Shown here piece by piece: positions 43,544 through 51,217 of a stretch of 64,000 bases of DNA. The position numbers were made by a program, and so were the translations under genes. This stretch comes from Thermotoga sp. (GTDB lineage Bacteria > Thermotogota > Thermotogae > Thermotogales > Thermotogaceae). The DNA lies in assembly GCF_021162145.1 (NCBI RefSeq), contig NZ_JAGGZH010000014.1, positions 44,147 to 108,146 on the forward strand, written 5' to 3'. Within the stretch, counting starts at the first letter, position 1. Each line of letters opens with the position of its first letter. The notes under the pieces were generated by a model. The model saw nothing but the letters and a program-made list of their open reading frames with translations, made no database searches and was not told the DNA's origin.

Positions 43544-44098
43544 GTGTTGAACAAGATATTGATACTCGCTCTGGGAATCCCGGCCATTTTCTCTTTGATC
43601 CGTGCCAAGATTGTCGAGATGGTAGGTTATTTCATATTCTGGTTGGGAGGATTCTCTCCTTACGTGTATGAGAGAGTCACACATCAGGAGATACCCGAGA
43701 AAACGAAATTGATGCTTTCTTCATCTATATTTCTTCATTCTGTGTTGGGACAGTTTCTGAACTTCTACGAAAAGATTCCCTTCTGGGACAAGTGTCTTCA
43801 CTTTTACGGATCTTTTGTTATAACGTACTTTTTTTATCAGATTTTGACGAGAGGGTCCAGATACTGGGACCAGATTCCCGGAGCGATATTGATGGCGTTT
43901 CTTCTGGGAACTTTCTCGGGCCTTCTTTGGGAGATTGCAGAATTCATCACAGACAAGGTGGTGCCAGGGTATCACACACAGAAGGGTCTCGACGATACAA
44001 TGCTGGATCTCATCTTCAATCTTCTTGGAAGCTATGTGATGGCAAAGATTCTCTACAAGAAAAGGACTGGTCACATATTCTGGCATCCTAAAGGATGA
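43544..44098 (+). CDS. hypothetical integral membrane protein
   Basis: A 184-aa protein with about 5 hydrophobic helices and a GTG start after GAAAGGG. I do not confidently recognise a family. Confidence 0.6.
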   Translation: MLNKILILALGIPAIFSLIRAKIVEMVGYFIFWLGGFSPYVYERVTHQEIPEKTKLMLSSSIFLHSVLGQFLNFYEKIPFWDKCLHFYGSFVITYFFYQILTRGSRYWDQIPGAILMAFLLGTFSGLLWEIAEFITDKVVPGYHTQKGLDDTMLDLIFNLLGSYVMAKILYKKRTGHIFWHPKG

Positions 44099-45471
44099 AA
44101 AAAATATACCTCTTCTTCACGCTCGAAGGTTTCTTTTCGCTGTTCTACATCTTGCTCACTCAGGGTCCCATCTTCACGGGACTTGCTATGTTTTTCAACC
44201 TGGATGAATTCCTTCTGAGTCTGACTGCTGCCATTCCTCCCATGATGCAGTTTTTCCAGCTTTTTGCCACCTTCTTTGTCCGGAGATACAAAAAGAGAAG
44301 ACTCCTTGTAAACGTGTTCAACGGTCTCAGCAGATTTGCGTTCGCATCTCTTCTGGTGTTCATTCTGCTTGGCAAGAAGATTCCGCTGGTGTTCATCGTT
44401 ACTCTTGCCATCTCGCAGTTCTTTGCCGCATTTTCCGGTAGCACGTGGGCATCATGGATGAGAGATCTGATACCCGCCGGGGAGAGGGGAAAGGCTTTCG
44501 GTACGAGGAACATGTTCCTCTCCCTTGGTAACGCTTTCATCATATATCTGTACTCGTTACTCGTGGACAATTTTTCTCATGGTTTCGAGATGGTTCTTCT
44601 CATCTCTGTTGCTGGAACGATTCTCTCGATACTGTTTATGAACAAGATCCCGGATGTTCCCATGAAAATGTCCGGAAGCGGGATTCCCATGAAGGTGATT
44701 TTAAAGGACAACAACTTCATGAAGCTTGTTTTCTTCACACTCTACTGGAACATGGCGGTAACCTTTTCCAGTGCTTTCTATCATTATCATCTTTTGAAGA
44801 ACCTCGGTATAAGTTACACTTACATAAGCTATATGATGATCATGAACAACTTCGTTGCCGTGTTGGGATACAGAATATGGAGAAAAGTTTCTGACAGAGT
44901 TGGGCACAGAACCGTGGCAGAGTTCGGAATCGCCCTTGCTGCCTTTGTTTCCGGAGTATGGTTTTTCATGAACGGTGCTACTTACTTTCATCTTCTGATC
45001 GTCGATGCTGTGCTCTCGGCTGTGGCCTGGTCGGCGATAAACCTTTCTCTCACTGTGCTTCCCATGGAGGTTGCTTTCGAATCCGATCCCATCTTCTTCG
45101 GGGTAAACGCCTCAGCTGCCAGCCTTGGAAGTCTTGCAGGTTCGTTCGTGGGAGGCCTCACCGCAAAGTTTCTCTCGGGAGTGTATGTAAAGGTGCATGG
45201 TTTCGAGGTTTTTGGTCTTCAGATCCTTTTTCTGATGGCTGCTGTTTTCAGGCTTTCTTCGGTCTTGCTACTGAGGAGGGTGAAAGTGAAAAAATACATT
45301 CCGCTCAGAGAATTCGTATTCAACACGGTGTTTGTTACACTGAGAAAACCGGTGTACAGGGTCTTCGAGAAAACGTACGTATCTTATTTGCTGAGAAGAG
45401 GTGGTGAGCGTGTACGAAAGATTGTTGAAAGATCTAAAAGAAGGAAGAGTGATTCTGACGAACAAGGTTGA
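44095..45471 (+). CDS. MFS transporter
   Basis: A 458-aa protein with about 12 TM helices, an MFS-like loop 2-3 motif (RRYKKRRLL) and a basic C-terminal tail. It is ATGA-coupled to the preceding gene. Confidence 0.85.
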   Translation: MKKIYLFFTLEGFFSLFYILLTQGPIFTGLAMFFNLDEFLLSLTAAIPPMMQFFQLFATFFVRRYKKRRLLVNVFNGLSRFAFASLLVFILLGKKIPLVFIVTLAISQFFAAFSGSTWASWMRDLIPAGERGKAFGTRNMFLSLGNAFIIYLYSLLVDNFSHGFEMVLLISVAGTILSILFMNKIPDVPMKMSGSGIPMKVILKDNNFMKLVFFTLYWNMAVTFSSAFYHYHLLKNLGISYTYISYMMIMNNFVAVLGYRIWRKVSDRVGHRTVAEFGIALAAFVSGVWFFMNGATYFHLLIVDAVLSAVAWSAINLSLTVLPMEVAFESDPIFFGVNASAASLGSLAGSFVGGLTAKFLSGVYVKVHGFEVFGLQILFLMAAVFRLSSVLLLRRVKVKKYIPLREFVFNTVFVTLRKPVYRVFEKTYVSYLLRRGGERVRKIVERSKRRKSDSDEQG

Positions 45472-45532
45472 AGACAGGACAAGCGGCATGACGATCGGAT
45501 GGGGTTCTTCGGTATCAGAGATCTCGAGTGAT

Positions 45533-45763
45533 ATGGAAGGAATCTTTTTGAAGCGAAAAAGCAAGTTTACGGGACTCGTTCTTGTGGATGGTGTGGAAAG
45601 TTGAACACAAAGGAGAGTTTGTCTCCACCCTCTCTGGTTACCATAACGCTGTTGCAAGGCAAATTCTCGAAGAGGTTTTCCCGGTTCCGAAATACCCCAG
45701 GAGAAGAAGTTTGGTAGCAGGTTAGACTTTCTGATAGATGGCAGAGTTTGTGTTGAGGTGTGA
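45533..45763 (+). pseudogene. sfsA: decayed sfsA (sugar fermentation stimulation protein) remnant with internal deletion and frameshifts
   Basis: Three frames each carry an SfsA-like piece. These are MEGIFLKRKSKFTGLVLVDGVE (N-terminal OB strand), HKGEFVSTLSGYHNAVARQILEEVF (central NT..AN.L.EEA region) and FGSRLDFLIDGRVCVEV* (the R-x-D-F-L...EVK motif). Stops separate them. Confidence 0.45.
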
Positions 45764-45843
45764 ATGTTCGCGTGTTCAGGTTAAAATAAAATGGAGAGTA
45801 TCTGCACTCGATGGGGCAACTTCCGATCTGCAGGGAGGTGTAG

Positions 45844-46041
45844 ATGATGGAGAATCCTACGATTGAGCAGCTTGTGAAGAGGTATGTGGAAATCAGAAAC
45901 CTCATGAAGGAACTCAGGGCAGAGAAGAGAGAAATCGAAGAAGTTCTGAGGGAGTACGCAAAAAGAACCGGCATCAAAGAGTTCGAAGCGGAAGGAAAGA
46001 AGGTCTTTTTTGAAGAAAAACTCAGTTTGAAGGTAAAATGA
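45844..46041 (+). CDS. hypothetical small protein (65 aa, predicted helical/charged)
   Basis: GGGAGGTG lies 3-6 nt before ATG 45844/45847. The ORF ends at the hairpin at 46041-46059. I recognise no family. Confidence 0.5.
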   Translation: MMENPTIEQLVKRYVEIRNLMKELRAEKREIEEVLREYAKRTGIKEFEAEGKKVFFEEKLSLKVK

Positions 46042-46059
46042 GCCCGCATAAGGCGGGCT
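46041..46059. terminator. shared hairpin between convergent small ORF and Rrf2 gene
   Basis: AGCCCGC-ATAAG-GCGGGCT fills the gap between the two stop codons (46039-41 and 46060-62) exactly. Confidence 0.5.
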
Positions 46060-46476
46060 TCACATCTGTTTCAACTTCTCTTCCTGTTCTTTCACGAGAT
46101 CTTCCAGAGTGACACTACCGAGCACTCTCTCTATTTCATTTTCCACTCTCTTCCACAGCGATCTGATGACACAATTCAACTCGTCCGGGCAACCCGGCAT
46201 ATCGAAGAACACTTTGGCTTTCCTGTCCAGGAGGAAGATGATATCGGACACTCTTATCTCCTTTGGAGGGCGTGCAAGCATGTACCCGCCGCTTTTACCC
46301 CTTTTTGTCTTCACCATTCCTGCCCTTCTCAGAATGTAAAGAATCTTTTCAGCAAATTCCCGGGGAACGGATTCCCTTGTCCTGTTCAAAATCTCCGTCA
46401 CGGAAAGGTAACGGCCGTACTCTTTTGCCAGCACAATCATAAGTCTCAGGGCGTACTCACTTTTCATTGTGAACAC
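46060..46476 (-). CDS. Rrf2-family transcriptional regulator
   Basis: MKSEYALRLMIVLA...LSVTEI.......P..FAEKILYILRRAGMVKTKRGKSGGY is a typical Rrf2 winged helix. There is only one Cys pair region (CPDELNC). Confidence 0.9.
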   Translation of the reverse strand: MFTMKSEYALRLMIVLAKEYGRYLSVTEILNRTRESVPREFAEKILYILRRAGMVKTKRGKSGGYMLARPPKEIRVSDIIFLLDRKAKVFFDMPGCPDELNCVIRSLWKRVENEIERVLGSVTLEDLVKEQEEKLKQM

Positions 46477-46477
46477 G

Positions 46478-48136
46478 TCAATCCCTCCAGACGAAAACCC
46501 TCGACGTGATCTTCCGGTTGTGAAGAGCTTCCCTTATACTGTCGAGATAGACGTCGATCTTTTTTCCCTTTATCACCCCCCCTATGTCCTCCACGACGAA
46601 GATTCCCCCGCTCGGTGTGTTTCTGAGTTCGGGAATGTAAAGGACAGACCCCAGTGGGAATATTGTCGTATCGGCTGCCACCGTTCTCCATTCCTCTGGT
46701 ATTTTCCCGGATTTTGTGAGCCTGAAGGCAGGATGCTCTGGAAGTTTTCCATCTTCCCACTCTGTGTAGAAGCTGATCTCGAATTCTCCCATGTTCGAAA
46801 AGAACAAAAACATGGGATCTTTCGGCTCACCTTCCACGTAGAGCTCAAATTCTACGTTGCTGCCCCCGTATCCGATTGTGTCTCCTGCACTCACCCAGTC
46901 ACCGACGTTGACTGTCACCATGGAGAGATTCCTGTACACGGTCTCCACGTCGTTCCCGTGGTACACAACGACCGTTCCATTCTTCACGCTCTTTACTCTT
47001 CCCGGTAGCGCGGCTTTTACTTTCTGACCAGAGCTTTCCAGCACAACTCCCGAAGAGAACGAACCGTCCGATTTCAATCCAAAGCCAGCGACCACGATCT
47101 TCGGATCTGGTTTCTCACCCACCGGAAAACTCGCCCTCAAATTCGTTACAGGGACCTTTATGATCTGTCCTGCTATGAGTTTCCTGGGATCCTCTATCCC
47201 GTTGAGTTTCATGATCTTCTCCACTCCGTCAGGTCCCAGGTTGAAGGCATCGCTGATCTTTGCGAGGGTGTCTCCCCGTTCCACTCTGATGAAGACGTAC
47301 CCTTCTTCGATTCCAAGAATTCGAGCTATCTCGTAACTTCTGACCAGTCTTCTGAACTCGTCCAGATATCTCTTCAGCTGCTGGGTGTATATCTCTGGAT
47401 TCATATCCACAAGCTGGGGGGTATTTCTCATCTCCCGTACTATCTGCTCCAGATTCTTTTGGCCACTTTCCAGCTGTGAGACTTTCTTTTCTATCTGCTC
47501 GATGCGATTTTTGATTTCGTCACTTGTGGTGTACACGATCGTTGCTTTGGTTTCGCTTTGTGACAGCACGCGCAGAGCCACTTTCGAGAGAAGCTTTTCC
47601 GAGCTTTCCAACCTTTTCTCTATCTCGTCCACACGTGAAGAGCCCCTCTCCAGTGAAGAAACTCTCTCTTCCAGATCAAGAAGGATGTGCTTGAGATCTT
47701 CCGAGGGCGTTGAAGAATTTCCAAGGGTGGCTATGTCCATCTTCCTCTCGAGTTCTGAGACCTTCGTTTTCAGATCTTCCAATTCAGACAGCAGGGAGGC
47801 TGCCTCTTCTATGGTGGGGAGCTTCATGGAAATTGTGTAGTAGCTACTTTTGAGTTCATCCACTCCGGTGCGAAACTCTTCCTGCAGAGAAGAGAGATCT
47901 TCCTTCAGGTACTCCATCTCTCTCTTCAACAACTCTATTTCCTTTTGGGAGGAATCCTGAGTTTTGATTCTAGCTTCAAGATCGTCGATCTTTTTCTCCA
48001 GAAGATCCATGTGGGCGTTGATCTGTCTGATCTGCTCCTCCATTCTGTTCAGTTTTTCCTTCCATTCAGAGGGCACACACGCTCCAAGAAGTATCAGTAT
48101 CAGAAGGAAAATCATGACCTTCTTAAGTCTTGCCAT
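46478..48136 (-). CDS. lipoprotein with coiled coil, LysM, degenerate LytM(M23) and 3D domains (EnvC/NlpD-like)
   Basis: Signal plus lipobox MARLKKVMIFLLILILLGAC, followed by about 230 aa of coiled coil. LysM is RGDTLAKISDAFNL....IMKLNGI.DPRKLIAGQIIKVP. The M23-like fold lacks the HxxxD and HxH ligands (YHGNDVETVYRNL and GGSNVEFELYVEG). The C-terminal 3D domain is TVAADTTIFPLGSVLYIPE....GIFVVEDIGGVIKGKKIDVYL. Confidence 0.85.
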   Translation of the reverse strand: MARLKKVMIFLLILILLGACVPSEWKEKLNRMEEQIRQINAHMDLLEKKIDDLEARIKTQDSSQKEIELLKREMEYLKEDLSSLQEEFRTGVDELKSSYYTISMKLPTIEEAASLLSELEDLKTKVSELERKMDIATLGNSSTPSEDLKHILLDLEERVSSLERGSSRVDEIEKRLESSEKLLSKVALRVLSQSETKATIVYTTSDEIKNRIEQIEKKVSQLESGQKNLEQIVREMRNTPQLVDMNPEIYTQQLKRYLDEFRRLVRSYEIARILGIEEGYVFIRVERGDTLAKISDAFNLGPDGVEKIMKLNGIEDPRKLIAGQIIKVPVTNLRASFPVGEKPDPKIVVAGFGLKSDGSFSSGVVLESSGQKVKAALPGRVKSVKNGTVVVYHGNDVETVYRNLSMVTVNVGDWVSAGDTIGYGGSNVEFELYVEGEPKDPMFLFFSNMGEFEISFYTEWEDGKLPEHPAFRLTKSGKIPEEWRTVAADTTIFPLGSVLYIPELRNTPSGGIFVVEDIGGVIKGKKIDVYLDSIREALHNRKITSRVFVWRD

Positions 48137-48765
48137 CTTTCTCTCCCCACTTTCGCGTACACAGATTCCCTGTGCTTCCTGAGGAGAACCTCGTACCATC
48201 TTGCGGCTTCCTTCCTGTTGCCAAGGAGTTGATTCAGCACCCCCAGGTAAAAGAGTATCATGGGCTCGTCTGACTCTTCGTAGTGGTCGTATTTGAAGTG
48301 ATTTTCAAACTCTCTTAAGGCTCGCTCAAGGTAGTGCTTTTCGTCCTCAGGCCTTCCTATTTCTCTGAAAAGCCAGGCGATTTTGAGATAGGAGAGTGCC
48401 ACCTTCTTTCTTTGATTCAGAACAGAGTACACAATCCCACTCAGGGCATACCGTTTTATCGCTTCTGTATGCGTTTCCTCGTCCTTCAATTTGACCTTCT
48501 TTTTGGCTTCTTCAAGCAGCTTTTTAAGTCTCCTCTCCGTTTCTTCACCTTTTACTCTGATAGATTCGAAATCTTTGCCGAACGCGGAAAAGTAACAATT
48601 CGGACACGTCACCACTTCATACAGAAACGGATTCACAGTTTCGAAGTTCGGCTTCAGATCGATATCTCTTGACTTGATTCTTACTGCGTCGAAAAAGACC
48701 ATCTTTTTCTTGAACCTGTTCCCGCAGAGAGGGCACGTAAACTCCTTTTCCCAGAACGTCCTCAT
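48112..48765 (-). CDS. DUF2225-like zinc-ribbon/TPR protein
   Basis: CPLCGNRF....VVTCPNCYFSAF is a split zinc ribbon, followed by a helical TPR-like region. This layout resembles DUF2225. Confidence 0.65.
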   Translation of the reverse strand: MRTFWEKEFTCPLCGNRFKKKMVFFDAVRIKSRDIDLKPNFETVNPFLYEVVTCPNCYFSAFGKDFESIRVKGEETERRLKKLLEEAKKKVKLKDEETHTEAIKRYALSGIVYSVLNQRKKVALSYLKIAWLFREIGRPEDEKHYLERALREFENHFKYDHYEESDEPMILFYLGVLNQLLGNRKEAARWYEVLLRKHRESVYAKVGRERWQDLRRS

Positions 48766-49646
48766 TCGGAGAGAAGCACCTCCACGAATGTGTGTGGGTC
48801 GAACGGTTTCAAGTCGTCTTCTTTTTCACCGACCCCCACAAATTTTATAGGAATTCTCAGCTCTTTCGCTATAGCAAGGGCAATTCCACCCTTTGCAGTG
48901 CCATCAAGTTTGGTGAGGATGATTCCCGTGACATTCACCGCATCTTTGAACACTTTCGCCTGGACCAGTCCGTTTTGACCCGTAGTGGCGTCGATCACGA
49001 GGAGAGTTTCATGAGGTGCATCAGGTACCTTTTTTCTCACTACCCTGTGTATCTTCTTCAACTCCTCCATGAGATTTTTCTTTGTGTGAAGCCTTCCGGC
49101 GGTGTCTATTATCACCACGTCTTTGTTTCTGGCAAGAGCATGGGAGACGGCATCAAAGGCAACCGCGGCCGGATCCGAGCCTTCAGAGTGAGCTATCACC
49201 GTGGCACTGACGCGCTCTCCCCAGAGTTTGAGCTGTTCTATGGCAGCAGCCCTGAAGGTATCGGCCGCCGCCAGCACAACGCTCTTTTTCTGATCGGAAA
49301 AGATCTTGGCGAGCTTTGCACAGGAGGTGGTCTTCCCTGTTCCGTTCACACCGACCACGGTTATCACGAAGGGGGGCTTGTTCGGTTCGTTCACGCTGGT
49401 ATCGAAGCTCAGGATCTCAAGGAGCGTTTCTCTCAAAGCTTCTAAGGCGTCTCCATCCTTTTCCTCGAGCCTTTCCAGGATGTACTCCGTTGTTTCGATG
49501 CCAACGTCTGCCTGAATGAGAAGTTCTTCGAGTTCTTCGCGGGTTTCATCGTTCAGTTTCTTTCCTTTGAGAAGGTTCACCACCTTTCCAAAGAACGTAT
49601 CCTTCGTTTTCTGAAGGCCCCTTTTCAGGAAGTCAAAGAGTCTCAT
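48762..49646 (-). CDS. ftsY: signal recognition particle receptor FtsY
   Basis: MRLFDFLKRGLQKTK, the NG domain with VVGVNGTGKTTS, DTAGR and TKLDGTAKGG. Confidence 0.95.
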   Translation of the reverse strand: MRLFDFLKRGLQKTKDTFFGKVVNLLKGKKLNDETREELEELLIQADVGIETTEYILERLEEKDGDALEALRETLLEILSFDTSVNEPNKPPFVITVVGVNGTGKTTSCAKLAKIFSDQKKSVVLAAADTFRAAAIEQLKLWGERVSATVIAHSEGSDPAAVAFDAVSHALARNKDVVIIDTAGRLHTKKNLMEELKKIHRVVRKKVPDAPHETLLVIDATTGQNGLVQAKVFKDAVNVTGIILTKLDGTAKGGIALAIAKELRIPIKFVGVGEKEDDLKPFDPHTFVEVLLSE

Positions 49647-49762
49647 CTTTTCTACCTCCCGGTTTTTTTCCATCAGTATTAAGCATACCACACGTTTTTG
49701 AACCGCCCGGAGAAGACGTGTGTCTAAGAAACCGGAAACCTCACCGAAGGAGGGATGAAAAA

Positions 49763-51145
49763 ATGAAGAGATTGCTTGTAATCATCGCATCGATAGTCCT
49801 TCTCTCCAGTGTTTTTCCGTACGTCAATCCCGATTACGAAAGTCCTATCGTGAAAGTTGTGGAAGCGTGTGCACCGGCTGTTGTGAAGATAGATGTAACG
49901 AAAACGGTGAGAACATCTTTCTTCGATCCCTATTTTGAAGACTTCTTCAAGAAGTGGTTTGGAGAACTCCCTCCAGGTTTTGAAAGACAGGTTTCCAGCA
50001 TCGGTTCGGGGTTCATTTTCAACTCGGAAGGCTACGTTCTCACCAATTACCACGTGGTTGGAAGTGCTGACAACATCACTGTGACTCTCCTGGATGGAAG
50101 CAAATACGACGCGGAATACATAGGTGGCGATGAAGAACTGGATATAGCAGTTATAAAGATCAGGGCTTCAAACAGAGAGTTCCCGTATCTGGAGTTCGGT
50201 GATTCCGACAAGGTGAAGATCGGTGAGTGGGCAATAGCGATAGGAAATCCCCTTGGATTCCAGCACACGGTGACTGTGGGTGTGGTCAGCGCCACGAACA
50301 GAAAGATACCAAAACCCGATGGAAGCGGGTATTACGTGGGACTCATCCAGACAGACGCTGCGATAAATCCTGGAAACAGCGGAGGCCCTCTCTTGAACAT
50401 CCACGGTGAAGTAATTGGAATAAACACCGCCATAGTCAATCCCCAGGAAGCTGTGAACCTTGGGTTTGCCATACCCATAAACATGGTGAAGAAGTTTCTC
50501 AACACCATACTCACTCAGAAAAAAGTTGAGAAGGCCTACCTTGGTGTAACTGTCATGACCCTCACGGAAGAAACGGCAAAAGCGCTCGGCCTCAAATCCA
50601 CGAGCGGAGCTCTCATAACGAGTTTGCAGAAGGGATCGCCTGCTGAAAAGGCTGGCCTCAAAGAAGGAGACGTGATCCTCAAGGTCGATGACCAGGATGT
50701 GAGGAGTCACGAAGAGCTGGTTTCCATCATACACACTTACAAACCAGGAGACACCGCCGTTCTCACCATAGAGAGAAAGGGAAAGATCATGAAGGTTCAG
50801 GTAACGTTTGGTGCTTCTTCTGAAGCAGAAAAGACAACAGCAACAGGTGAAGAGACGATAGGCATTCTCGGTATCACGGTGGCCAACATTACACCGGCAG
50901 ACAGAGAAACCTACTCGATCCCGGAGGAGGTCCATGGAGTCATAGTAAGGGAAAGCGGTGGAAGGTTTGGTATCCGGAAAGGAGACATTATCGTTGCGGT
51001 GTACATAAACGGAAGAAAGTATGATATAAATTCAGTGGAAGATCTCAAGAAAGCTGCCTCGAAAATAAAGAGGGGCGACTACGTTGCTTTGTACATCTAC
51101 AGGAATGGTGCGAGGGTGTTCGTGAGCTTCATCTATCAGAGATAG
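49763..51145 (+). CDS. htrA: HtrA/DegP-family periplasmic serine protease with PDZ domains
   Basis: Signal peptide MKRLLVIIASIVLLSS, the catalytic residues TNYHVV, DIAVIK and GNSGGPL, and two PDZ-like segments. Confidence 0.95.
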   Translation: MKRLLVIIASIVLLSSVFPYVNPDYESPIVKVVEACAPAVVKIDVTKTVRTSFFDPYFEDFFKKWFGELPPGFERQVSSIGSGFIFNSEGYVLTNYHVVGSADNITVTLLDGSKYDAEYIGGDEELDIAVIKIRASNREFPYLEFGDSDKVKIGEWAIAIGNPLGFQHTVTVGVVSATNRKIPKPDGSGYYVGLIQTDAAINPGNSGGPLLNIHGEVIGINTAIVNPQEAVNLGFAIPINMVKKFLNTILTQKKVEKAYLGVTVMTLTEETAKALGLKSTSGALITSLQKGSPAEKAGLKEGDVILKVDDQDVRSHEELVSIIHTYKPGDTAVLTIERKGKIMKVQVTFGASSEAEKTTATGEETIGILGITVANITPADRETYSIPEEVHGVIVRESGGRFGIRKGDIIVAVYINGRKYDINSVEDLKKAASKIKRGDYVALYIYRNGARVFVSFIYQR

Positions 51146-51186
51146 AGAAACCTCCCCTCAATGTCAATAAAGCCCCCTGCGGTGGT

Positions 51187-51214
51187 TCCCCCTCCACTGG
51201 AGGGGGATTTTTTT
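51187..51214 (+). terminator. rho-independent terminator of htrA
   Basis: TCCCCCTCC-ACT-GGAGGGGGA followed by TTTTTTT. Confidence 0.7.
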
Positions 51215-51217
51215 GAT

